A stretch of DNA of 32,000 nucleotides from Candidatus Saccharimonadota bacterium (GCA_004563595.2 CP042461.1:1140001-1172000); one strand, 5' to 3'. Counted from the first letter of the stretch, positions 11,421 to 23,175 are shown. The notes: generated by a model from the letters alone, not told the origin. Numbers and translations are program-made.

Positions 11421-11783
11421 TTATTTGAGCATTAATTTTTCTATTTTTGAAAAACTTATATCTATCATAGAATCATCCATATACACTTTTATTCCACCAG
11501 AAAGTTTTTCATTTGGAAGGAATAAAATTTCTTCTTGTTTTGGTGATATATGAAAACTCTTATCATAAACTTTTACAGCTTGAGTATAGACTTCTTTTTC
11601 ATTTAATTTCGGAAAATATTCAACTACCAGTAGTTTTTCTCATTTTAATCCTCTATTAAATAGATCTTTTCCTCTATTTCAAAGCTTCTTACTTAAATCT
11701 CTATAAAGTTTTACTTCTTGTAATAATTTTTGTAATTCTTCAAGATTTAAATCTTGTATATTATTTTGAATTGATGTATCCAT
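11421..11783 (-). CDS. atpH: F-type ATP synthase subunit delta, unusually short (120 aa)
   Basis: Sits between atpF and atpA. The C-terminal ...EKLSGGIKVYMDDSMIDISFSKIEKLMLK matches the delta/OSCP C-terminal motif (GG-I-x-V-x-x-G-D-x-x-I-D-x-S). 363 nt from ATG to TAA. Confidence 0.7.
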
Positions 11784-11805
11784 AAATTCTCTCTTCAATT
11801 ACGAA

Positions 11806-12273
11806 CTATAAACTTTTAATTTCTTTTTCTATAAATTCTTTATTTATCTTTTCTTCATCAAATAATTTCTTATTTATCTTTAAAGATAAGTCTACTACTT
11901 TTGCTTTCAAAGCATTTGCCATAGAAAGTCTTTCTTTTTCTATATCACCCAGAGCATTATCAATAATACTTTTTGCTTCCATATCTGCGGTTGCTAATAT
12001 TTTTTCTCTTCATTTTTTTGCTAAAGCATCTGAATCAATTTCAATATTTGAAGCTTTTTCTCTTGCTTCAGTCATAATTAAATCTGCTTTTGATACAGCA
12101 TCATCAAGTAATTCTTTTGCTTTTAATTCAGCATCATCAAATTTTTGTAAATTCTCTCTACGACCTTCAATCGCTTTTATGATTTTTTCTCATAAAAAAT
12201 GTTTAAATAGAAAGAATAATATTCAGAAATTGATGAGTTGAGCTATAACAATTCCTAATTTTAAATCGTCCAT
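11806..12273 (-). CDS. atpF: F-type ATP synthase subunit b (155 aa)
   Basis: MDDLKLGIVIAQLINFGILFFLFKHFLGEKIIKAIEGRRENLQK... has one N-terminal TM helix followed by a long charged helix. Operon position supports the call. Confidence 0.85.
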
Positions 12274-12325
12274 AGATTATATTTTTTAACTTATAAATAT
12301 TAATTTTATTGTCTTGTGTTTAGAA

Positions 12326-13216
12326 CTATCCTAAAACTTTAAATGCAATAATCAGACCATATATTGCAACTACTTCAATTAATGCAACAAATAGTACCAT
12401 AAATGCCATAATTTTTCATTTTGACTCAGGTGATCTATTAATCGAATCCATAGCACCTTTTACAAGTAATCATTCTCAGATACCTGCCCCAAGACCTGTA
12501 AGACCAATTGCAAGCCCAGCTCCAATTGATGCAAAAGCTGATAAACCTTCAATAGAAAGAATTTGAAATGCTACTATAAGTGCATAGATAGCAGCTGACT
12601 CTACAAGCGCAACTCAAAGTATAGAAACAGTTAAGAAAAAGCTAATCATTCTTGGATTTTGACCCATAACTTTTAATGCTTTTTCTGATAAATATCATCT
12701 TCAAATTGCAACCCCTACACCGGCAAGACCGATAGCAAGACCAGCTCATACATGAACAATATTTTCTGTACCTTCACCTATAATTTTAAATGCGATAATC
12801 AAACCATATATTGCAGTAACCTCTACAAGAGCAACAAACAATACCATAAAGGTCATAATTTTTCATTTAATTGAAGGGTTTCTATTCATAGCTGAAAGCG
12901 CTCATGCTATCAACATACCTTCTCACCAACCGGCACCTAGACCAGTTAAACCAATTGCAAGACCAGCAGCAATAGAAGAGAATAAACCAATTCCTTCAGC
13001 TCCAAGAAGTTGAAATGCAACTACGAGTCCATATATAACAGCTGATTCTACAAGTGCTATACCAAGAATAGTAACTGTAAGGTAAAATGTAGCATCTGAA
13101 GGAGTTTTTCAAATAACTTCCATAGATCTTTTTGCTAATATTCATTGACCGATAGCTACTCAGATTCATGCCAAACCAACAGCAAGACCAGGTCCTATAT
13201 AATTTACGAAATCCAT
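12326..13216 (-). CDS. atpE: F-type ATP synthase subunit c, four c-hairpins fused in one 296-aa polypeptide
   Basis: ATG 13216 to TAG 12326-12328, 891 nt with no TAA/TAG and 14 in-frame TGA. There are four consecutive units of GxGxGxG helix, polar loop, and a helix with Glu: ...IALVESAVIYGL..., ...VALVEVTAIYGL..., ...VALVESAAIYAL..., ...VALIEVVAIYGL... Sits between atpB and atpF. Confidence 0.85.
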
Positions 13217-13265
13217 TTTTTCAAAAGATTAAAGAATAATAAAATTAAATTGTTGTAATATATTT

Positions 13266-14075
13266 TTAATGCACCTTCGCTACTTTAATAAAGATAGCGA
13301 TCAACAATGGGAATACCAATGCTTGTATAAATGCAACTAACATTTCTTGTAAGTAGAGTATGATTGGTCCAAGGACTGGAAAATCGAAACCTATAAGACT
13401 TACAGAAGCGCTTGATAAAGCTCATATTAACATCGCAAGAAGTATCCCTCATGATGTAACATTTCAGAATAACCTAAATGAAAGTGAGATTATCTTAGCA
13501 GCATGACCAACTATTTCTAATAAACCTAAGAATATTGAAATGATAATATCAAAAGCTTTTACCAAAGCATATACAGGTAAATCAATATACTTGTTCAATT
13601 TTCACTTTTCATATGGGATATAATCTTTTCAGAAAATTGGGACATATTCATATAATGTTTTCCAAAATCCTAAGAACATGAACTGTTCATATATAACTAT
13701 GACTACTCAAACAACTGCCATGGCTACATTAAAGTTTATATCTGCTGTAGGTATCTTTATATAATGTTCCATTCCATGACCAAATACAGGAAGAAGAAAT
13801 TCTAAAAATAACCCTAGTAAGTTTGAAAGTAATATAATGAAGAATAAACTTGTTATATAAACCTTTGTCCACCTTTTTTCTTCTTTTCCTAAGATATCTT
13901 CAAAGAATTCAAACACTTTTTCGAAAAACATTTCAAAAAAGACAACAAAACTGGCTTTTCTATAGTTTTTATACAAAAAAGCAAGAACTCAAAAAAGCAG
14001 AAGTTCCACTCACAACCCTACTATTACTCAAGGATGTAAGAATACTGATAAAAATTCCGGTAATATATTTTCCAT
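13266..14075 (-). CDS. atpB: F-type ATP synthase subunit a (269 aa)
   Basis: MENILPEFLSVFLHPGVIVGLGVELLLFGVLAFLYKNYRK... extends track ORF 13707..13976. The C-terminus ...LVFPLLIAIFIKVAKVH is typical of subunit a. First gene of the operon. Confidence 0.85.
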
Positions 14076-14243
14076 ATGTTTTTTTATATATATCTGATTA
14101 AAACGCTAGGAGTATATAAAAAAGAGAAAAAAAAGCAAGAATTTTTTTTGAAAATGCTGAAGTTTCATTATAGTCTATATATTGATAGATTCTCCAAAAA
14201 AAATAAATACTTTGTCTCTACATTTTAAACCCCCTATATTAAC

Positions 14244-15815
14244 ATGATAAATAAATACAAAAACACCTCTGCCTTTTCACTTGCAGAACTTATTCTTGTA
14301 ACTATTATTCTCGTAATTCTTTGAACTATAGCATTTATTTCATTAAGAGAATATACAAAAAATGCAAGAGACTCAGTAAGAGAAACAGATATAAAAAATA
14401 TATCAACTCAGCTTAACCTCTTTAAATCAATGAACTGATTTTATCCTGAACCTTCAAGTGGGTATGATATCACATACGCATGAACCAATGTATGGAGCCA
14501 ATGAACCATAGGGGATAGTGTCATATTCAACCTACAATCGCTGAATAAAAAATCGGTAGACCCATTTACAAACTCAGAGTATACATATTCAAGGCTCACA
14601 TCAAGAGATAGTTTTCAAATTGCTTCTGTATTAGAGTCATGATCAAATCAAGGATCTCAAATAGAGTGAAAGAAAACAGCTACAGCGTATATAACATGAG
14701 ATTACAAATGTATTATGACAAAAGTAAACTCAGGAGGTACTACATATATATTAGCCGTACCCAGTCTCATTAGCTGAAGTTCTGAGTGATCTGACATCGC
14801 ATCAGCATTTAACAATTTAATTATAGACGGATGAGAAAAACTCCCTAACAGCTATGCAGATTCCATATTTGACATACAAGCAGATGGAAGCTCATCATTT
14901 GTACAAACAAGTGATTATGTTGTATTTAGCTGAAGTATATATGATTTCCAAAATGAAGATCAACAAATTTTTCTTATAAATCAACTTCAAAAGGCATATA
15001 GCTGAACCAGTATAGAAAATAATTTTCAAATTAATGCTCTTTCTGATTACGATACAATACTCAACACTGAGGGAACAAAGTTTTTAGCACAAACTATGAT
15101 CAAAAAATGTCTCAATTCAGACATAAAAGTAACAGCAAAAAATACAACAAAATCTCCTTTGTTCTGATCTTCAATATTAAGTTATTACAGTTTTGATAAG
15201 AATTACACTGATGCTTGAATATTATGAAACAATGGTATCGTTAATAACGATGCAAGTATTGATTCCAGCAATCAAAACTCATATAGAAAATCATATGTTA
15301 CATTTTGAGGGGCAGCATGATATATCGAACTCCCTCACAATTCAGCATATGAACTTTCAGATTGAACCATTTCCTTGTGGGCTCAAGTAAATAAGCCTGA
15401 TGCTTGGTCATGATTATTCTCAAAAGATGAATTCCAAACTAATACCCCGTGACATATAACTATAGGAATTGATTATAGTAAATTTTATTATAGACTCCAA
15501 GAAATAGGAGATGAAAAAATACTTAGACCAGTAAACCCCGTAGTTTGAACAGACTGGAAGCATATGGTAGCAAGCTTTTGATGAGATGGTATGAAATTCT
15601 TCATTAATGGAAGTATAATCCAGTCAAACTGATATACATGATGAACCATCGGAAATACAAACCCCATAGCATTATGAGCAAGTATTCAAGCGAGCCAAAC
15701 GGGCCAACTATTACCCCTTGACGGATATTTTGATGGAAGCATTGATGAACTTATCATATATGATAAACAACTCAGTGACGATGAAGTATTAGAGCTCTAC
15801 AACAGCCAAAAATAA
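14244..15815 (+). CDS. Type IV pilin-like protein with C-terminal LamG (concanavalin A-like lectin) domain (523 aa)
   Basis: MINKYKNTSAFSLAELILVTIILVILGTIAFISLREYTKNARDSVRETDIKNI... is a prepilin-type N-terminal methylation/TM motif with Glu at +5. The C-terminus GILGNNGIVNNDA...VTFGGAAGYIELPH...DGTISLWAQV...DGYFDGSIDELIIYDKQLSDDEVLELYNSQK is LamG-like. 1572 nt open under TGA=Gly. Confidence 0.75.
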
Positions 15816-15853
15816 AAAAAAGACTTCGTAATTTCTTACGAAGTCTTTTTTTT
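15813..15853. terminator. Bidirectional intrinsic terminator between the convergent pilin-like gene and the second c-subunit gene
   Basis: Stem agacttcgta (15821-15830) pairs with tacgaagtct (15837-15846). It is flanked by an A-run and a T-run. Confidence 0.75.
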
Positions 15854-15868
15854 ATTTTTCTATATCTT

Positions 15869-16759
15869 TTAAGATAAAATTTTGAATGCAACTATCAGTC
15901 CATAAATTGCAAGAACTTCTACAAGTGCAACAAACAGAATCATAAATGCCAAAGCAGAGTTTTTATTTGCAGGATTTCTATACATAGAGTTAATTGCTCC
16001 ACCGACAAGACAACCTTCTCATACTCATGCTCATAGAGCTGCTAATCAAATTGAAAATCATGCTCAAAGTGCTGCGGCTCCTATAATAGCTGACGTTCAA
16101 AGAATTTGAAAACCGATTACTAGCCCATATATTGCAGCCGATTCCACTAAAGCAATTCAAAGAATAGTAATAGTCAGAAAAAATGACGTTAATTCAGGAG
16201 CTCTTCACATAACAACAAGAGCCCTTTGAGCAAGTATTCCCTCCCCTATTCATACTCATAATCATGCAAGCCCAATAGCAAGACCAGCTCCAACAGCAAC
16301 ATATTCATTTATATTTTCAATACTTAAGATCTGGAATGACATAATAAGCCCATAAATGGCTGCTGATTCAACAAGGGCAAGAAAGAGAATCATAAATGTA
16401 GTAATTTTACTTTTATTATCTGGATTTAAATTTATTGCCTCAAGTGCTCATGATACCAGTATTCACTCTCATATTCATACTCCTAATCACGCTAATCATA
16501 TCCCAAGTCATACTCCTACAGCCGTCATTCATTGTAAACCTTCGGTTCACAAAATTTGAAAGGCAATAATAAGCCCATAAATGGCTACTGATTCAACTAA
16601 CGCAACTCACAGAATTGTTACCGTTAAATAAAAAGTACTCATCTTTGGGTTCTTTCCCATGATCTCCATTGCCCTAAAGGTCAATATTCCTTGCCCTATT
16701 GCAGCACCAATACATGCCAATCAAACAGCTAAACCTGCTCATAAATATGTTAAATCCAT
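15869..16759 (-). CDS. atpE: Second four-hairpin fused ATP synthase subunit c paralog (296 aa), stand-alone
   Basis: ATG 16759 to TAA 15869-15871, 891 nt with 24 in-frame TGA. MDLTYLGAGLAVGLACIGAAIGQGIL...VALVESVAIYGL...GIGEGIL...LALVESAAIYGL...GIGEGIL...IALVESAAIYGL...GVGEGCL...VALVEVLAIYGLIVAFKILS. Same length and architecture as the operon copy. Confidence 0.8.
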
Positions 16760-16824
16760 TTGTTTTTATAAAGTTAAAATCTATTCTATACTATTATTAA
16801 AACATAATTATTCCTATAAAACAA

Positions 16825-16865
16825 AAAAACTCCTGAAATACTATTGTACTTCAGGAGTTTTTTAT
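16825..16865. terminator. Intrinsic terminator after the beta-propeller gene
   Basis: Stem ctcctgaa (16830-16837) pairs with ttcaggag (16850-16857), with an A7 run before and a T-run after. Confidence 0.65.
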
Positions 16866-16878
16866 TATTTATATATTT

Positions 16879-19140
16879 TTATTTTAATTTTACACTTTCA
16901 ATTTTTTCTCAAGTTCCTAGATTTGAAGATTTGATTTGAGTATCAGATATTGAATAAACTTTATCTCCTATCCAAATTGCTCTTTTTACAAAGTCTTTGC
17001 TATAATTCCAAGATTTTGAAGCTAAATATTCACCAATTGGACTTTCAGCATAACAATACTTTGGAACATATCTATTTTTTACTGGACAGTAGAGACTTCC
17101 ATCAAGAAGCTTTGTACATTCTGACTCTTCATCTTTTACTGTATATTTACTGCATTCTTTGATTCTCTCAGATTCTATATCTCCTGTTTCAATATGTGTA
17201 ATTTTATAGTTTTCTTTAATTCAAGCATCTTTATCAATATCAATTGAAACGAGACCTTGAAAGAAATCTATTGCTCTATATTGATCATCTTTATGATTCT
17301 TTTTTAAAGTCATTGGAAGTAATAGAGTATTATCCTCTGCCTTCCACATGAACATTCTCGGATTACTAAGAGCTTCTGAGTAACTTCCATATTCTCATAA
17401 TACAAGTGAATGTTTTTGAGCTACATATATATCTCAAGTATTATCTTTTGAAGTTGGTTTTTTATCATAATCTATTTCATAAAGATCTATTTTGATACCA
17501 TTATTTTGTACTCCTCCCCATTTATTTTCTTTTGTGTCATAACCAATACCAATTAAGTGATTTTCATCATATGGATGAAGGTATGTAGAATATCATGGCA
17601 TTTTTAGTTCTCCAATAATTTTTGGATTTTTAGCGTCCGCAAGATCAATTACAAACAATGGATCTATTTGCTCAAAAGTAACCAAGAATAATTTATCTCC
17701 TATATATCTACTTGATTTAAAGTCTTCTCACCCTCAAAGACCTTGTAGACTTGATTTTAATTCTAAGTTTTCATCAAGTATATATAAGTCTGTATGGGCT
17801 TCCTCTCACTTAGAGTTCCATCTATTTGTTTTTGTAAGAATTCTGAAATCATCTTTATATTCATCCATTGAATATTGAGTAAGTGGGCTTCCTTCTACCA
17901 ATGCACTTGTTTGATAACTGAGTTTCTCTCCGTTTATATTCATTTTATGAATAAGTGTATGATTTGTTCATCCGTAATAATACGGAGCGATACATCTCAT
18001 ATTTGGAGCACATCTGAATGGTTCAGTTTTATATACACTATTCGTAAGATATAAATTATCTAAACTCATGTATATTTCGTTGAGATTTCAAAAAATTACT
18101 GTTGTATATGCAGGATCTTCAATATCATTGATATCGATGACTGAGATAAGATTAAATTGAGGGTACCCTAAATCTGTATCTGAATCAGGAAGAATGTATT
18201 CTATTTCATTACATTTTGCAACATAGCCAGTATTCACATTATAATCTCTCTTTTTTCAATTTGTTTCTACATTTTTTTCTTCATCATTATTCGTTGCAAA
18301 AATTTCTAAACCTTTTGGAATAATATCATTTGCAGAAAGAGGTTTTTCTTCTGTGTATCATCTAAATAAATTATAACTGTCCTTTCTTGAAATAACATAT
18401 AATTTATTATCTATGAGTCTTGATTTTGTGAAATTTCATTCCGTCATAAAAGCTTTTATCATCTTTGCTTCTTCTGGTTTTGAAACATCATATATAATAG
18501 TATATGTCTTTGAACTATTATCCCAATATTTCTTTTGAAAAGTACCTGTTGGTCTTCCACTTGCAAGGATAATAAGTTTATCATCTTCTAAATACAATTG
18601 AGTTCCCCAAAAATGCTTTGGGAGTTTAATCTTTTTTACCACTTTCATCGTACTTGCATCAATAACAAATACATTCTTTTTTTGTCTATTATTATAATCT
18701 TTTATAGCATTATCATAATAGTCAGACATATAATATATATAATCTCCATCAGTTTTGATTATTTCAGACTCTGAAACCCCTTGTACTTGTTCATTTGTTT
18801 CTGAAAAATCAGATTTACCTGATGTTGCAGGAAGAGATTTTGTTTCAACTGCCTCTGCTGCAGAATCTTCCATCATAACATCATCTACTGCATTAAAAAT
18901 TACACCTCCTCATTTTCTATAATAATTCCCATATTTTGAATTATAATTTTTCAAAAAATCATTGGTAACTTTTTCTAAATCTTCACAAGAATTAAACGTC
19001 TTGAACTGGAGACTTTCTGTTGCAATTTCAGTTGTATTTTCTTTATTAAGTTCTTCAATAATTGAATCATCTTCAATTTCAGCGAAAACACTGGTAAATG
19101 AAAATATTGCCAAAATTGGTAACAATAATACTTTTTTCAT
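16879..19140 (-). CDS. Secreted beta-propeller domain protein (~753 aa; alternative ATG at 19173)
   Basis: Signal peptide MKKVLLLPILAIFSFTSVFA. SETNEQVQGVSESEIIKTDGDYIYY matches the TN-VQ-x-GV-DE-x-DIVKTDG-x-YIY signature of the Beta_propel family. C-terminus RAIWIGDKVYSISDTQIKSSNL... Track ORFs 18436..18876 and 18910..19173 are in the same frame. TAA at 16879-16881. Confidence 0.75.
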
Positions 19141-19214
19141 AAGATATATATTAGTAATTAAAACGGGTAACATGTACTAAAACGATTTTCCTCCCAGATG
19201 GTGACAAAATAATT

Positions 19215-20153
19215 CTATTTTATTTCTTGAAATTCACAAGTTCAGTTTTCATAATCACCTGAATGACATTCTTTTTTATCTTTTCTACAGATTTTTTCTT
19301 CATCATTTTCTATAATTTCTCATCATTCAGTTTCACAAAAGTCTTCAAATAATACAAGTCACTCATCAAAATCTTCAGACAGATCTCATTCTCAACCAAG
19401 ATCACCAAATAATCATGAGAAATCATTTCAAATCATATCTGACTCTGAAGCTTGAGATCATCTACTTATTCACTGATCTTTAGACTCTCAACCTCAAAAA
19501 AGATCTATAAGTTGAGTATTCTCAAGTTCACCTTGCTGAATAACAGGAGTGTTATCTGTTACCTCCTTTTCTACATTGTCTGAAGAAGATACTCCTATTT
19601 TTTCTACAGCAATTTCGTCATTATTCTTTTCAGTTTCTCATATATCAGATTCTATCCTCACCTGATTCTTTAATTGAGCCTTAGCTCATCATTCAGATAT
19701 TATATTTTGCTGTATTTTTTTTTCTACACCTACTCTATTCACTTCTTCTTCCTGAATATTTTTTTCTTCTATTATTTTATCTATTATTTCTTGAATATCT
19801 CTCTGAACACTTTCTTCAGAAACCTTATTATTTACGTTTTGAATTATAGGAGTTTCATTTTCTTGCTGAAACAAAGTTCCTGGTAAAAAATAGAAAAATC
19901 AAAAAACAGCAAAACTTGTTGCAAAGATAGGAATAAAAATATGATAATATCTTTTTTTTATATATGTATTTTTTTTATGCTGAATTATATTTGTTAACCT
20001 TTTCTTTAAATCTTTCTTAAATTTTTGTGGTGCTTTTATTTGAGGGTTTATACTTTTTAACACTTTTATAGCCTCTGATAAATGTTTCTTTTTATCTTTT
20101 AATTCAGGGTTTTCCCCTATAAGTTCATCAACAATTTTGTTATTATTTTTCAT
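19215..20153 (-). CDS. Single-pass membrane protein, anti-sigma-factor-like (312 aa)
   Basis: Track ORFs 19899..20153 and 19689..19874 are one frame joined across TGA. TM segment YHIFIPIFATSFAVFGFFYFLPG. The C-terminal part is very acidic, Gly(TGA)-rich and has four Cys. Its ATG lies 3 nt after the sigma gene stop. Confidence 0.6.
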
Positions 20154-20156
20154 AGC

Positions 20157-20708
20157 TTACAATAATATTATAAATATGAGTACCAGTACAAAGTTTGCGC
20201 TTATTGTTTTCAGCCCTCTAGAAACTATTTTTTTACAGTTATCAACTGATTTTCATGTAATTTCTGAAATTTCATTGTAGTTTAAGTCATTCCATATTCT
20301 GAGTACAATCACTTCTTTATGTTCATCTTTTAATGTCTGCAGGAAGTCAAAAACCTCTTGTACCTTTTCTTTGTCATCAATTTGAGTTCAGATATCTTCA
20401 TTCTTTCATACATCCATGTATTCTTCCATTGATACATCAACTTTATTTGTTTTATAATGGTCTTTTACTTTATTTCATGCAATAGTATAGATCCATGCTT
20501 TGAAACTACTTCCTTCTTTTACATCAAACTTTTCTATGGAATTCAAAGCCTTATAAAAAACATCGCTTGTAATATCTTCAGCAACCTCCTTATTTGATGT
20601 TTTTAGGTATATAAACTTATAAATACTATCTATGTATTTATCATACAGTTTTCAAAAGTATTTCATATCTATATCCTGACAGTTTTTTACAAGTTTCAAG
20701 TCGTCCAT
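20157..20708 (-). CDS. ECF-type RNA polymerase sigma-70 family factor (183 aa)
   Basis: MDDLKLVKNCQDIDMKYFGKLYDKYIDSIYKFIY...AEDITSDVFYKAL...FKAWIYTIAGNKVKDHY (region 2), then ...EVIVLRIWNDLNYNEISEITGKSVDNCKKIVSRGL (region 4 helix-turn-helix). Confidence 0.8.
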
Positions 20709-20742
20709 AATAATAAAAACGAAAAAGAAATAAAAAGGTGAC

Positions 20743-20780
20743 AAAAAATACTATTATTTATATAAATAATAGTATTTTTT
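20743..20780. terminator. AT-only perfect palindrome, probable terminator after rlmH
   Basis: aaaaaatactattatttatataaataatagtatttttt: 14-bp arms flanked by A6 and T6. Confidence 0.5.
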
Positions 20781-20797
20781 GAAGAGAAATCAATTTA

Positions 20798-21250
20798 TTA
20801 ATGATGATATCTTACTCACTTTTTTATACAACTTGCTCTGTAAACCTGTTCAAACAACATCATAATTGCTTGAGCATGTGGGAAAGTCATTGGAGATAAT
20901 GATAGCTTCATATTTATTTTATCTTCTATTATACCAAGGTCTACTCAATAAGCTCATCATATAATAAAAACAATGTTTGCATATCGCATCTGTTTTTCTT
21001 CTATGAGTTTTGCAAAATCTTCTGTTTTTAATTGTTTTGAATCAATATATAGTAAGATTTTATAACCCTTTTCTTTCTCTAATATCTTCTGCAATTCAAG
21101 GGTCTCGTCTTTTATGATTTCAGAAATTTCTTTTCTTTTTGATGGCTTTATTTTTATAAAGTCGACCGTTTTTCAAAGTCTTTTTTGAAACTCTTTTATT
21201 GGCTCATCATAATGTTTAAATGAGTCTACAAATGATATTATTTTTATCAT
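20798..21250 (-). CDS. rlmH: 23S rRNA (pseudouridine1915-N3)-methyltransferase RlmH (150 aa)
   Basis: MIKIISFVDSFKHYDEPIKEF...FIIGGAYGVD...LSLSPMTFPHAQAIMMLFEQVYRASCIKKGVRYHH is the classic SPOUT RlmH C-terminus. Confidence 0.85.
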
Positions 21251-21252
21251 AA

Positions 21253-22476
<1,224 letters not shown>

Positions 22477-22575
22477 TTGTATTTTTAAAAAATTATTGAT
22501 AAATAGTATATTTTTCATTAAGAATAACAATACTTCTTATAATATACTTGAATATACTTTCTCAGCATCATTTTA

Positions 22576-23175
22576 TTACTTATTACATCTTTTTCATAAT
22601 GATATCACTTCCTCCTTTCAAAGGAGTAATACTTTAATTTTTTCAATATTCCTTTTGAAAAAAAGTTGAGGATGAACAGGCTCACCAGAGTAAATTTTAC
22701 GAAGAAATACCTGCCTTACTCTCACCTCTTCTGGGGTTTTTCAAAAATAATAAGCTAATGTATTTATTCGTCTTTGAGAAAAAGTCAGCTTTTTTTCATT
22801 TCTTTCTCTTGCAAGCTCCTTTCCTTTTTTCACAATATCTTTTTCTTGTTCCGTTTCTTTAATAACGTCATGAAAGTAATTCAAGAGTTTTATTTGTTCG
22901 TTGATATGCAAATATGATATGAATTTATAGAGTTCTTGATCTGATCAAACAGTAATTTCAGATTCGTAATTGAAGTCTATTTGCATATCATACCTAATCG
23001 TGACACTCTTAGCTCACCAATCTTCTATTCATTTCTGTTCGTGAGATAACACTCCATCAACTACATCTACATTTGCTCTTACAGATTCTTCTATAGGTTG
23101 ATTAAAAGAATGAATAGAGTTTCATATATCATCTAAACATTCATTTTCTTTAAATTGAGACTCTAAAACCCCCAT
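22576..23175 (-). CDS. Hypothetical protein (199 aa)
   Basis: ATG 23175 to TAA 22576-22578, 600 nt open under TGA=Gly. MGVLESQFKENECLDDIGNSIHSF... I recognised no family. Confidence 0.45.

Noticed and set aside
16356-16559. Plus-strand ORF encoding a His-rich peptide (SAHDTSIHSHIHTPNHANHIPSHTP). It looks tempting as a second His-x-Ser-type precursor.
   Set aside because: It is the antisense strand of the Gly-rich (TGA/GGN) helix-1 regions of the second c-subunit gene. The His/Ser pattern is a mirror artefact of tca/tga/atg repeats. It has no start context or partner genes.
19674-19886. Plus-strand Phe/Tyr-rich 70-aa ORF. Similar cases are 51..257, 888..1112, 13850..14101, 16659..16934, 16950..17162 and 18962..19180.
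   Set aside because: Each is antisense to a longer table-25 gene and has AT-rich low-complexity composition.
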